Origin: Hemiscyllium ocellatum
Taxonomy: Eukaryota
DNA length: 64,000 nucleotides
Assembly (NCBI RefSeq): GCF_020745735.1
Contig: NC_083435.1
Location: forward strand, 46,004,498-46,068,497
Direction: 5' to 3'
Made by a program: the position numbers and the translations under genes. Below are positions 1 to 13,676 of this stretch, piece by piece. The notes under the pieces were generated by a model. It worked only from the letters and a program-made list of their open reading frames with translations. It was not told the origin of the DNA and ran no database searches. How positions within the stretch are numbered: the stretch's first letter is position 1; the number at the start of each line of letters is the position of its first letter.

Positions 1-1890
1 AGACAGAGCAGTGGAGGGATACAGGATAGCCAGAAGGGACCTGAAGAAAGGGATTAGGAGAGCTAAGAGAGGGCATGAAAAATCCTTGGCGGATAGGATC
101 AAGGATAACCCCAAGGCATTTTATGCGTATGTGAGAAACATGAGAATGACGAGAACGAGGGTAGGTCCGATCAAGGACAGTAGTGGGAGATTGTGTATTG
201 AGTCGGAAGAGATAGGAGAGGTCTTGAACAAGTACTTTTCTTCAGTATTTACGAACGAGAGGGACCGTATTGTTGAAGAGGAGAGTGTGAAACGGACTGG
301 TAAGCTAGAAGAGATACTTGTTAGGAAGGAAGATGTGTTGGACATTTTGAACAACTTGAGGATAGACAAGTCCCCCGGGCCTGACAGGATATATCCTAGG
401 ATTATGTGGGAAGCAAGAGAGGAAATTGCAGTACCGTTGGCAATGATCTTTTCATCTTCACTGTCAACGGGGGTGGTACCAGGGGACTGGAGAGTAGCAA
501 ATGTTGTGCCCCTGTTCAAAAAAGGGAATAGGGATAACCCTGGGAATTGCAGGCCAGTTAGTCTTTCTTCTGTGGTAGGCAAAGTAATGGAAAGGGTACT
601 GAGGGATAGGATTTATGAGTATCTGGAAAGACACTGCTTGATTAGGGACAGCCAGCACGGATTTGTGAACGGTAGGTCTTGCCTTACAAGTCTTATTGAA
701 TTCTTTGAGGAGGTGACCAAGCATGTGGATGAGGGTAGAGCACTGGATGTAGTGTACAAGGATTTTAGTAAGGCATTTGATAAGGTTCCCCATGGTAGGC
801 TTATGCGGAATGTCAGGAGGCATGGGATAGAGGGAAATTTGGCCAATTGGATAGAAAACTGGCTGACCGGTCGAAGTCAGAGAGTGGTGGTAGATGGTAA
901 ATATTCAGCCTGGAGCCCAGTTACAAGTGGAGTTCCGTAGGGATCAGTTCTGGGTCCTCTGCTGTTTGTAATTTTTATTAATGACTTGGATGAGGGAGTT
1001 GAAGTGTGGGTCAGTAAATTTGCAGATGATACGAAGACTAGTGGAGTTGTGGACAGTGAGGAGGGCTGTTATCGTTTGCAAAGGGACTTAGATATGATGC
1101 AGAGCTGGGCTGAGGAGTGGCAGATGGAGTTCAACCCTGCCAAGTGTGAGGTTGTCCATTTTGGAAGAACAAATAAGAATGCGGAATACAGGGTTAACGG
1201 TAGGGTTCTTAGGTGGAGGAACAGAGGGATCTTGGGGTCTATGTATATAGATCTTTGAAAGTTGCCACTCAGGTAGATAGAGCTTGTAAGAAGGCCTATG
1301 GTGTATTAGCGTTCATTAGCAGAGGGATTGAATTCAAGAATCGTGAAGTGATGTTGCAGCTGTACAGGACTTTGGTTAGGCCACATTTGTAGTACTGTGT
1401 GCAGTTCTGGTCGCCTCACTTTAGGAAAGATGTGGAAGCTTTGGAGAGGGTGCAGAGAAGATTTACCAGGATGTTGCCTGGAATGGAGAATAGGTCGTAC
1501 GAGGATAGGTTGAGAGTTCTCGGCCTTTTCTCGTTGGAACGGCGAAGGATGAGGGGTGACTTGATAGAGGTTTATAAGATGATCAGAGGAATAGATAGAG
1601 TAGACAGTCAGAAACTTTTTCCCCGGGTACAACAGAGTGTTACAAGGGGACATAAATTTAAGGTGAAGGGTGGAAGGTATAGGGGAGATGTCAGGGGTGG
1701 GTTCTTTACCCAGAGAGTGGTGGAGGCATGGAATGCACTGCCAGTGGGAGTGGTAGAGTCAGAATCGTTGGCGACCTTTAAGCAGCAATTGGATACGTAC
1801 ATGCTTGGGTGCTTAATCTAGGATAGATGTTCGGCACAACATCATGGGCCGAAGGGCCTGTTCTGTGCTGTATTGTTCTATATGTTCTAT
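1..1890 (+). mobile_element. CR1-clade LINE (HER1-like), 3' part of ORF2 reverse transcriptase plus 3' tail, inactivated
   Basis: ORFs 11-940, 986-1258 and 1399-1821 carry CR1 RT motifs (KSPGPD, WRVANVVPLFKKG, QHGFVNGRSCLT, DFSKAFDKVPH, GVP*GSVLGP, SKFADDTK, QFWSPH, LERVQRRFTRM, RGHKFK). In-frame TAG at 938-940 and a frameshift near 1215. Ends in a GTTCTAT-type tail near 1880. Confidence 0.95.
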
Positions 1891-2744
1891 CTATCTATAT
1901 AGCAGCCAGATTTTCAAATTCAACTCAATTCAGTGATTTCTAATTATTCACAATTTGAAATCTGTTCCACATACCTCACTCACTTGAAAGGGTCTGAATT
2001 TCACAGGGAACATTTCACTTTTCTAATAATATTTTTTTAAAAGTATGATTTTTGTTACATAATGTGAGAAACAAAGCTCACTCACTGCAATAATTTCAGT
2101 CCGAGACAAGATCTGAATCACCAGAGCTCTTTATTTCACACTTGCAAGTGGGTGTGATGTCCACAAGGCAGGGACAAAACACCCCAAATTCAACAAATAC
2201 TCGATATTTATATAATTTGGTTCCTATATGTTTTTTTCTTATTTCATTGTTTCCTCCCTGTTTACATCCTCCACTTCCCTGAGACCCTCCTGTTTATCTC
2301 ATGTCTTATCCGGTCTTGTCTGTGAAAAACATGCTCATTCCTGTTCTCAAGGCTATTTGCCCTCATCCTGCCTTTTCACAGCATCTTATTATTAAGACTC
2401 GTTTAATTGGGGTTTGTTCCTGTGTTTCTGTAAAAGTGGGAAACAGATGTTTATATCAACTGTTTATACAGGCATATCTAGTTTAACTGTCTGTCTTCAC
2501 AGCATCTTATCACGAAGCCCTTCTAAATGGGGTTACCATTTGTTGTGTATTCCCGTTACATTCGTAGCTAATATAAACAAACCAATTAGCATTTCCTCCA
2601 CAGAGTTCACATTCTTGTTGACTCAGCTCCTGGCTGAAACAGTTATACACTGATGTGAATTCAGTTATTTTTATATAATAAATTTAGATATTGCAGAAGA
2701 AACATAAATTTCCTATATCCCACAATAATTATATTCACTCACAG

Positions 2745-3005
2745 AATGTGGGTATCTCTGACTGAGCCTGCATTGCCCACAGGGCAGTGAAGAGTAAACC
2801 ACGTTACTGTGGGTCTGGAGTCACATGTCGGGAGATCAGGAAGGTAGATTTCCTTCCCTGAAGGAGATTAGTAATTTCCTAATAATGGATTTGTGGTCAT
2901 TGATACACACTTAATTCCAGACTCTACAGATGGCACATTCCACCATCTGCTGGGCTGGGATTCGAACCTGTGTCCCCAGAACATTATGAAAGTCTCCAGA
3001 CTAAT
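2745..3005 (-). mobile_element. tRNA-derived SINE of a family distinct from HE1
   Basis: Pol III B-box GGTTCGAATCCC on the - strand near 2960. The body (AAGAGTAAACCAC...GGAGTCACATG...TTTCCTTCCCT) is shared with a second copy at ~36130-36430. Confidence 0.6.
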
Positions 3006-3377
3006 ATTTCGGTGATAAATGAATTGAATTGAATTAGTTTTATTGTCATATGTTCTCAATTCAATGCAAAGTTGAGAGGTCACCACTAACAGCACCATCT
3101 TGGGTTTAAAGGTACAGGGTACAGTTTATTCAGTTACAAATTAGTTACAGTGCAACGATGTCATCATCACGCCGCCATCTTAGGTACAGAGGGTCGAGGG
3201 ATGTTCCTTAATTATGGAATAAAAAGAATGAAGAAGAAAAAGGTACATTACAGCGATACAAAGTATAACTACAGTTCAGAAAAACAAGCAGGAAAATTAT
3301 AAGACAAACATCAGAGTCTCTCTCTAAGAGATCTCTGCAGCTGACCAGTGCCGGGTGGTCTCCATGTGGTCTGTAGA

Positions 3378-6300
3378 GCTCTGTTTCAGGGTTTATTTAC
3401 AGGGAGTTCTTTGTTTTAGGGTTTATTTACAATGGCATTATGTTTTAGGGTTTATTTACAGGAATCTGTGTATTAGGATTTATTTATAAGAGGCCCTGTG
3501 CGTTTCACGGTTTAGTTAAAGTGGCTCTGTGTTTTAGGGTTTATTTACAGAGGGCCCTGTGTTTTAGTGTTCATTCACAGGAGACTCTTGTTTTTAGGGT
3601 TTATTTACAGGGGATTCTGTGTTTTTAGGGATTATTTACAGGGCACACTTGTGTTTTAGGGTTTATTTACTGGGAGCTTTTTTAGGGTGTATTTACAGGG
3701 AGCTCTGTGTTTTATGGTTTACTAACAGCAAGCTGTGTGTTTTACAGTTTATTTACAGGGGGCCCTGTGTTTTAGGGATTATTTACAAGAGGCCCTGTGT
3801 TTTAGGGATTATTTACAGGGAGCTCTGTGTTTTAGGGTTTATTTACAGGGGGCCCTGTGTTTTAGGGTTTATTTACAAGAGGCCCTGTGTTTTAGGGCTT
3901 ATTTACAGGGTGCTCTATATTTTAAGGATTATTTACTGGGGGCTCTGTGTTTCAGGGTTTATTTACGGTGTCTGGGTTAGGGTTTATTTCCAGAAGGCCC
4001 TGTGTTTTCAGATTTATTTACAGTGGGCCCTGTGTTTTCAGATTTATTTACAGGGGGCTGTGTGTTTTAGGGTTTATTTACAGGGCTGTGAGTTTTAGGG
4101 TTTATTTACAGCGTGCCCTGTGTTTTGGGGTTTAGTTATGGGGGCCCTGCGGTTTCGGGTTTATTTACAGGGATTTAGGGATTATTTTAGGGATTATTTA
4201 CTGGGGGCTCTATGTTTTAGGGTTTATTTACTGGGGGCTTAGTGTTAAAGGGATTATTTACTGGGGATTCTGTGGTTTAGGGATTATTTTCAGGAGACAA
4301 TGTGTTTTAGGGTTTAATTACAGGTGGCTCTGCATTTTAGAGTTTATTTACAGTGAGCTCTGCATTTTAGGAATTATTTACAGGAGGCTCTGTATTTTAG
4401 GATTTATTTACAGGGGACCCTGTGTTTTAGGGATTATTTACAGGGGGCCCTGTGTTTTAGGGATTATTTACAAGGGGCCCTGTGTTTTAGGGTTTATTTA
4501 CAAGGGGCCCTGTGTTTTAGGGTGTATTTACAAGGGGCCCTGTGTTTTAGGGTGTATTTACAGGGGGCCCTGTGTTTTAGGGTTTATTTACAGGGGGCCC
4601 TGTGTTTTAGGGTGTATTTACAGGGGGCCCTGTGTTTTAGGGTTTATTTACAGGGGGCCCTGCATTTTAGGGATTATTTACAGGAGCTTTGCATTTTAGG
4701 GTTTATTTACGGGGAGCTCTGTGTTTTAGGGATTATATACAGGGGGCTTTGTGTTTTAGGGTTTATTTACACTGTGCCCTGTGTTTTAGGGTGTGTTTAC
4801 AGGGATCCCTGTGTTTTAGGGTTTATTTACATGAGGCCCTGTGTTTTCAGGTTTATTTAGTGTGCTCTGCATTTTAGGGATTATTTACAGTGACCTCTGT
4901 GTTTTGTGATTTAGTTCCAGGCAGCTCTGTGTTTTCGGGTTGATTTACAGGGGTCTGTGTGTTTTAATGTTTATTTACAGAGGGATGTATGTTTTAGGGT
5001 TTATTTACAGTGAGCTTTGCACATTAGCGATTGTTGACGGGGGGCTCTGTGTTTTAGGGTTTATTTACGGGGGGCTCTGTGTTTTTGGGTTTATTTATAG
5101 GGGGCCCTGTGTTTTAGGGATTATTTACAGGGGGCTCTGTATTTTAGGGTTTATTTACAAGGGGCTCTGTGTTTTAGGGTGTATTTTCATGAGGCCCTGT
5201 GTTTTCAGGTTTATGTACAGTGAGCTCTGCATTTTAGGGATTATTTACAGGAGGCTCTGTGTTTTTGGGTTGAATTACAGGGGGCTCTGTGTTTGAGGGA
5301 TTATTTGCAGTGGGTTCTGTATTTTAGGGATTATTTATGGAGGCTGTGTGTTTTGGGGGTTATTGACAGGATGACCTGTATTTTAAGGTGTGTTTACAGG
5401 GATCCCTGTGTTTTAGGGATTATTTACAGGGGGCCCTGTGTTTTAGGGATTATTTACAGGGGGCCCTGTGTTTTTGGGATTATTTACTTGGGGCCCTGTG
5501 TTTTAGGGTTTATTTATAGGGGGCCATGTGTTTTAGGGTGTATTTACAGGGAGTTCTGTTTTTGGGTTGATTAACAGGGGGCTCTGTGTTTGATGGATTA
5601 TTTGCAGTGGGTTCTGTATTTTAGGGATTATTTATGGGGGCTGTGTGTTTTGGGGGTTATTGACAGGACGACCTGTGTTTTAGGGTGTATTTACAGGGAC
5701 CCCTGTGTTTTAGGGTTTATTTACAGGAGCTCTGCATTTTAGGGTTTATTTACGGGGAGCTCTGTTTTAGGGATTATATACAGGGTGCTTTGTGTTTTAG
5801 GGTTTATTTACACTGTGCCCTGTGTTTTAGGGTGTGTTTACAGGGATCCCTGTGTTTTAGGGTTTATTTACATGAGGCCCTGTGTTTTCAGGTTTATTTA
5901 GTGTGCTCTGCATTTTAGGGATTATTTACAGTGACCTCTGTGTTTTGTGATTTAGTTCCAGGCAGCTCTGTGTTTTCGGGTTGATTTACAGGGGTCTGTG
6001 TGTTTTAATGTTTATTTACAAAGGGATGTATGTTTTAGGGTTTATTTGCAGTGAGCTTTGCATTTCAGGGATTGTTGACAGGGGGCTCTGTGTTTTAGGG
6101 TTTATTTACATGAGGCCCTGTGTTTTCAGGTTTATGTACAGTGAGCTCTGCATTTTCGGGATTATTTATAGGGGGCTCTGCATTTTAGAGTTTATTTGCA
6201 GGGAGTTCTGTGTTTCACGGTTTATTTCGAGAGGGGCGGTGTGTTTTAGGGTTTATTTACAAGGGTCATTGTTTTAGGGTTTAGTTACAGGGGGCTCTGT

Positions 6301-9300
6301 ATTTTCGGGATTATTTACAGGGCCTGTGTTTTGGGGTTTATTGACAAGGGGCCCTGTGTTTTAGGGATTATTTGCAGTGGGTTCTGTATTTTAGGGATTA
6401 TTTATGGGGGCTGTGTGTTTTGGGGGTTATTGACAGGACGACCTGTGTTTTAGGGATTATTTACGGGGGCCCTGTGTTTTAGGGTTTATTTACAGGGGGC
6501 CCTGTGTTTTGGGGATTATATTCAGGGGGCCCTGCGTTTTAGGGATTATATTCAGGGGGCCCTGCGTTTTAGGGTTTATTTACAGGGGGCCCTGTGTTTT
6601 AGGGATTATATTCAGGGGGCCCTGCGTTTTAGGGTTTATTTACAAGGGGCCCTGTGTTTTAGGGTTTATTTACAAGGGGCCCTGTGTTTTAGGGTGAATT
6701 TACAGGGGGCCCTGCGTTTTAGGGATTATTTACGGGGAGCTCTGCATTTTAGGGTTTATTTACGGGGAGCTCTGTGTTTTAGGGATTATATACAGGGGGC
6801 TTTGTGTTTTAGGGTTCATTTACACTGTGCCCTGTGTTTTAGGGTGTGTTTACAGGGATCCCTGTGTTTTAGGGTTTATTTACATGAGGCCCAGTGTTTT
6901 CAGGTTTATTTAGTGTGCTCTGCATTTTAGGGATTATTTACAGTGACCTCTGTTTTGTGATTTAGTTCCAGGCAGCTCTGTGTTTTCGGGTTGATTTACA
7001 GGGGTCTGTGTGTTTTAATGTTTATTTACAGAGGGATGTATGTTTTAGGGTTTATTTATAGTGAGCTTTGCATTTTAGGGATTGTTGACAGGGGGCTCTA
7101 TGTTTTAGGGTGGATTTACATGAGGCCCTGTGTTTTCAGGTTTATGTACAGTGAGCTCTGCATTTTACGGATTATTTACTGGGGCCCTTTGTTTTTGGAT
7201 TTATTTACAGGGGGCGCTGTGTTTTAGAGTTTATTTGCAGGGAGTTCTGTGTTTCACGGTTTATTTCGAGAGGGGCTGTGTGTTTTAGGGTTTGTTTACA
7301 AAGGCCATTGTTTTAGGGTTTAGTTACAGGGGGCTCTGTATTTTGGGATTATTTACAGGGAGCTCTCTGTTTTTGGGTTGATTTACAGGGGGCTCTGTGT
7401 TTTAGGGATTATTTGCAGTGGGTTCTGTATTTTAAGGATTATTTATGGGGGCTGAGAGTTTTGGGGGTTATTGACATGACAACCTGTGTTTACAGGGATC
7501 CCTGTGTTTTAGGGTTTATTTACAAGGGGCCCTGTGTTTTAGGGTGTGTTTACAGGGGGCTGTGTGTTTTAGGGTTTATTTACAGGGGGCTCTGTATTTT
7601 CGGGATTATTTACAGGGGGCTCTGTGTTTTAGGGTTTATTTACAGTGAGACCTGCATTTTAGGGATTATTTACTGGAGCTCTGCATTTTAGGGTTTATTT
7701 ACGGGGAGCTCTGTGTTTTAGGGATTATTTACAAGGGGCCCTGTGTTTTAGGTGGATTTACATGAGGCCCTGTGTTTTCAGGTTTATGTACAGTGAGCTC
7801 TGCATTTTATTGATTATTTACAGGGGGCCCTGTGTTTTTGGGTTTATTTACAGGGGGCCCTGTGTTTTTGGGTTTATTTACAGGGGGCCCTGTGTTTTAG
7901 GGTTTGTTTACAGGGGGCCCTATGTTTTGGGGTTTATTTACAGGGGGCCTTGTGTTTTAGGGTTTATTTACAGGGGGCTCTGTTTTAGGGTTTATGTACA
8001 GTGAGCTCTGCATTTTAGGGATTATTTACAGGAGGATCTATGTTTTAGGACGTGTTTACAGGGGGCTGTGTGTTTTAGGACGTGTTTACAGGGGGCTGTG
8101 TGCTTTTAGGGTTTGTTTACAGGGGGCCCTGTGTTTTAGGGTTTGTTTACAGGGGGCCCTGTGTTTTAGGGTTTGTTTACAGTGAGCATTGAATTTTAGG
8201 GATTATTTACAGGAGCTTTGCATTTTAGGGTGTATTTACACTGTGCCCTTTTTTGGGGGGTTTATTTACACTGTGCCCTGTGTTTTAGGGTGTGTTTACA
8301 GGGATCCCTGTGTTTTAGGGTTTATTTACATGAGGCCCTGTGTTTTCAGGATTATTTAGTGTGCTCTGCATTTTAGGAATTATTTACAGGGAGCTCTGTG
8401 TTTTGTGATTTAGTTCCAGGCAGCTCTGTGTTTTCGGGTTGATTTACAGGGGTCTGTGTGTTTTAATGTTTATTTACAGAGGGATGTATGTTTTAGGGTT
8501 TATTTACAGTGAGCTTTGCATTTTAGGGTTTGTTGACAGGGGGCTCTGTGTTTTAGGGTTTAGTTACCGGGGGCTCTGCACTTAGGGTGTATTTACAGGG
8601 GTCTGTGTGTGTTAATGTTTATTTACAGAGGGATGTATGTTTTAGGGTTTATTTACAGTGAGCTTTGCATTTTAGGGTTTGTTGACAGGGGGCTCTGTGT
8701 TTTAGGGTTTATTTACAGGGGGCTCTGCATTTTAGAGTTTATTTGCAGGGAGTTCTGTGTTTCACAGTTTATTTCGAGAGGGGCTGTGTGTTTTAGGGTT
8801 TATTTACAAGGGTCATTGTTTTAGGGTTTAGTTACAGGGGGCCCTGTATTTCGGGATTATTTACAGGGGGCCCTGTGTTTTAGGGTTTATTTACAAGGGG
8901 CCCTGTGTTTTTGGGTTGATTTACAGGGGGCTCTGTGTTTGAGGGATTATTTGCAGTGGGTTCTGTATTTTAGGGATTATTTATGGGGGCTGTGTGTTTT
9001 GGGGGTTATTGACAGGACGACCTGTGTTTTAGGGTATGTTTACAGGGATCCCTGTGTTTTAGGGTTTATTTACAGGGGGCCCTGTGTTTTCGGGATTATT
9101 TACAGGGATCCCTGTGTTTTAGGGTTTATTTACAGGGGGCCCTATGTTTTTGGGATTATTTATAGGGGGCCCTGCATTTTAGAGTTTATTTGCAGGGAGT
9201 TCTGTGTTTCACGGTTTATTTCGAGAGGGGCTGTGTGTTTTAGGGTTTATTTTCAAGGGTCATTGTTTTAGGGTTTAGTTACAGGGGGCTCTGTATTTTC

Positions 9301-12300
9301 GGGATTATTTACAGGGCCTGTGTTTTGGGGTTTATTTACAAGGGGCCCTGTGTTTTAGGGTTTATTTACAAGGGGCCCTGCGTTTTAGGGATTATTTACA
9401 GGAGCTTTGCATTTTAGGGTTTATTTACGGGGAGCTCTGTGTTTTAGGGATTATATACAGGGGGCTTTGTGTTTTAGGGTTTATTTACACTGTGCCCTGT
9501 GTTTTAGGGTGTGTTAACAGGGATCCCTGTGTTTTAGGGTTTATTTACAGGGGGCTCTGTGTTTTCAGGTTTATTTAGTGTGCTCTGCATTTTAGGGATT
9601 ATTTACAGTGACCTCTGTGTTTTGTGATTTAGTTCCAGGCAGCTCTGTGTTTTCGGGTTGATTTACAGGGGTCTATGTGTTTTAATGTTTATTTACAGAG
9701 GGATGTATGTTTTAGGGTTTATTTACAGTGAGCTTTGCATTTTAGGGTTTGTTGACAGGGGGCTCTGTGTTTTAGGGTTTATTTACGGGGGGCTCTGTGT
9801 TTTTGGGTTTATTTGTAGGGGGCCCTGTGTTTTAGGGATTATTTACAGGGGGCTCTGTATTTTAGGGTTTATTTACAAGGGGTTCTGTGTTTTAGGGATT
9901 ATTTACAGGGGGCTCTGTATTTTAGGGTGTATTTTCATGAGGCCCTGTGTTTTCAGGTTTATGTACAGTGAGCTCTGCATTTTAGGGATTATTTACAGGA
10001 GGCTCTGTGTTTTTGGGTTGAATTACAGGGGGCTCTGTGTTTGAGGGATTATTTGCAGTGGGTTCTGTATTTTAGGGATTATTTATGGGGGCTGTGTGTT
10101 TTGGGGGTTATTGACAGGATGACCTGTGTTTTAGGGTGTATTTACAAGGGGCCCTGTGTTTTAGGATGTGTTTACAGGGATCCCTGTGTTTTAGGGTTTA
10201 TTTACAGGGGGCCTTGTGTTTTAGGGTTTATTTACAGGGGGCCCTGTGTTTTAGGGTTTATTTATAGGGGGCCATGTGTTTTAGGGTGTATTTACACTGT
10301 GCCCTTTTTTTTGGGGTTTATTTACACTGTGCCCTGTGTTTTAGGGTGTGTTTACAGGGATCCCTGTGTTTTAGGGTTTATTTACATGAGGCCCTGTGTT
10401 TTCAGGTTTATTTAGTGTGCTCTGCATTTTAGGGATTATTTACAGTGACCTCTGTTTTGTGATTTAGTTCCAGGCAGCTCTGTGTTTTCGGGTTGATTTA
10501 CAGGGGTCTGTGTGTTTTAATGTTTATTTACAGAGGGATGTATGTTTTAGGGTTTATTTACAGTGAGCTTTGCATTTTAGGGATTGTTGACAGAGGGCCC
10601 TGTGTTTTCAGGTTTATGTACAGTGAGCTCTGCATTTTCGGGATTATTTATAGGGGGCTCTGCATTTTAGAGTTTATTTGCAGGGAGTTCTGTGTTTCAC
10701 GGTTTATTTCGAGAGGGGCGGTGTGTTTTAGGGTTTATTTACAAGGGTCATTGTTTTAGGGTTTAGTTACAGGGGGCTCTGTATTTTCGGGATTATTTAC
10801 AGGGCCTGTGTTTTGGGGTTTATTTACAAGGGGCCCTGTGTTTTAGGGATTATTTGCAGTGGGTTCTGTATTTTAGGGATTATTTATGGGGGCTGTGTGT
10901 TTTGGGGGTTATTGACAGGACGACCTGTGTTTTAGGGATTATTTACAGTGTGCCCTGTGTTTTAGGGATTATTTACAGTGTGCCCTGTGTTTTAGGGGTT
11001 ATTTACAGGGGGCCCTGTGTTTTAGGGATTATTTACAGTGTGCCCTGTGTTTTAGGGATTATTTACATGAGGCCCTGTGTTTTCAGGTTTATGGACAGTG
11101 AGCTCTGCATTTTATTGATTATTTACAGGAGGCTCTGTGTTTTAGGGTTTATTTACGGGGGCCCTGTGTTTTAGGGTTTGTTTACAGGGGGCCCTGTGTT
11201 TTAGGGTTTGTTTACAGTGAGCATTGAATTTTAGGGATTATTTACAGGAGCTTTGCATTTTAGGGTGTATTTACACTGTGCCCTTTTTTGGGGGGTTTAT
11301 TTACACTGTGCCCTGTGTTTTAGGGTGTGTTTGCAGGGATCCCTGTGTTTTAGGGTTTATTTACATGAGGCCCTGTGTTTTCAGGATTATTTAGTGTGCT
11401 CTGCATTTTAGGAATTATTTACAGGGAGCTCTGTGTTTTGTGATTTAGTTCCAGGCAGCTCTGTGTTTTCGGGTTGATTTACAGGGGTCTGTGTGTGTTA
11501 ATGTTTATTTACAGAGGGATGTATGTTTTAGGGTTTATTTACAGTGAGCTTTGCATTTTAGGGTTTGTTGACAGGGGGCTCTGTGTTTTAGGGTTTAGTT
11601 ACCGGGGGCTCTGCACTTAGGGTGTATTTACAGGGGTCTGTGTGTGTTAATGTTTATTTACAGAGGGATGTATGTTTTAGGGTTTATTTACAGTGAGCTT
11701 TGCATTTTAGGGTTTGTTGACAGGGGGCTCTGTGTTTTAGGGTTTAGTTACCGGGGGCTCTGCACTTAGGGTGTATTTACAGGGGTCTGTGTGTGTTAAT
11801 GTTTATTTACAGAGGGATGTATGTTTTAGGGTTTATTTACAGTGAGCTTTGCATTTTAGGGTTTGTTGACAGGGGACTCTGTGTTTTAGGGTTTATTTAC
11901 AGGGGGCTCTGCATTTTAGAGTTTATTTGCAGGGAGTTCTGTGTTTCACAGTTTATTTCGAGAGGGGCTGTGTGTTTTAGGGTTTATTTACAAGGGTCAT
12001 TGTTTTAGGGTTTAGTTACAGGGGGCCCTGTATTTTCGGGATTATTTACAGGGGGCCCTGTGTTTTAGGGTTTATTTACGGGGGCCCTGTGTTTTAGGGT
12101 TTGTTTACAGGGGGCCCTGTGTTTTAGGGTTTGTTTACAGTGAGCATTGAATTTTAGGGATTATTTACAGGAGCTTTGCATTTTAGGGTGTATTTACACT
12201 GTGCCCTTTTTTGGGGGGTTTATTTACACTGTGCCCTGTGTTTTAGGGTGTGTTTACAGGGATCCCTGTGTTTTAGGGTTTATTTACATGAGGCCCTGTG

Positions 12301-13180
12301 TTTTCAGGATTATTTAGTGTGCTCTGCATTTTAGGAATTATTTACAGGGAGCTCTGTGTTTTGTGATTTAGTTCCAGGCAGCTCTGTGTTTTCGGGTTGA
12401 TTTACAGGGGTCTGTGTGTGTTAATGTTTATTTACAGAGGGATGTATGTTTTAGGGTTTATTTACAGTGAGCTTTGCATTTTAGGGTTTGTTGACAGGGG
12501 GCTCTGTGTTTTAGAGTTTAGTTACCGGGGGCTCTGCACTTAGGGTGTATTTACAGGGGTCTGTGTGTTTTAGGGTGTATTTACAGGGGGCTCTGTGTTT
12601 TCGGGGCGTATTTACAGTGAACTCTTAGGAATTATTTACAGGAGGCTCTGTATTTACAGGGAACTCTGCATTATAGGGATTATTTACAGGGGGTTCTGTG
12701 TTTTCGGGATTATTTATGGGTGCTGTGTGTTATTGGGTTATTTACAGGGGGCTCAGTGTTTTTGGGGTTATTTACAGTGGGTTCTGTATTTTAGGGATTA
12801 TTTATGGGGGCTGTGTGTTTTGGGGGTTATTGACAGGGATCCCTGTGTTTTAGGGTTTATTTACAGGGAGCTCTGCATTGTCGGGTTTATTTACCGGGTG
12901 CCCTGTGTTTTAGGGATTATTTACAAGTGGCATAATGTTTTTGGGTTTTGTTACAGGGGGTGCTGTGTTTTTGGATTTATTTGCAGGAGGCTGCATGTTT
13001 TAGGGTTTCTTTAGAGGAAGCTCTGTATTTTGGGGTTTATTTACAGGGAGTTTGTGTTTCACGGTTTATTTAGAGAGGGGCTGTGTGTTTTACGGTTTAT
13101 GTACAGGGAGCTCTGTGTTTTTGGGTGTATTCACCGTGGTCTCTGTGTTTGAATGTTAATCTGTAGGGGTCTGTGTGTTT
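3378..13180. repeat. 30-bp minisatellite array, ~325 units, in presumed intron 1 of the class I gene
   Basis: Consensus GGGTTTATTTACAGGGGGCCCTGTGTTTTA read directly in tandem over ~9.8 kb with many variant units. Confidence 0.98.
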
Positions 13181-13415
13181 ATTTCCCCCTGGTTTGGTGT
13201 GTTGTTGCCCTGTCTGTGCTGTGTACAGTGTAGTGTGTGTGACTGTGTGTGTGTGACTGTGTGGCGATGATGTTGAGTCTCTGAGCTGCAGCTCGGGGCT
13301 GATGCTGAGTGTGTCCCCTCAGCCCGGACTGGGGGCTCTCTCTGATGGTCCTTCCCCTGGCTGGGGTGTCTCTCCCTGGTCACAGTCTCTCTCTCTCTCT
13401 CTCTCTCAGTGTCAG

Positions 13416-13676
13416 TGTCTCACTCCCTGCGGTATTTTTCCTCCTGGATGAGCCCGATGCCGGGATTGCCGGAGTTTGTGCTGGTCGGTTATGTGGATGA
13501 GCAGGAGTTTGTTCACTATGACAGTGATCGGAAAAAGATGATCCCGCGGCAGCGCTGGATCGCGGAGCGTGAGGGAAAGGATTACTGGGATGGGCAGACA
13601 CAGATCCTGCGGGATGAGGAGCCGGTGGGAAAGGCCGACATCCAGACCATGATGGGGAGGACCAACCAGACCGGGG
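13416..13676 (+). CDS. UAA: MHC class I exon 2, alpha1 domain
   Basis: VSHSLRYF...PEFVLVGYVD..FVHYDSD..MIPRQRW...YWD.QTQ...RTNQTG, with Y7, Y59, R84 and the N86 glycosylation sequon NQT. (CT)n polypyrimidine tract, AG at 13408-09 and 13414-15, donor GTAAGT at 13677. Confidence 0.97.

Noticed and set aside
11-1821. CR1 ORF2 as an active retrotransposon
   Set aside because: In-frame stop at 938 within the RT core and a downstream frameshift.
3619-13014. Dozens of periodic ORFs (LGFIYRGPCV / FRVYLQGALC), also at 51319-52324
   Set aside because: The 30-bp unit is a multiple of 3, so the repeat reads through; no splice structure or domain.
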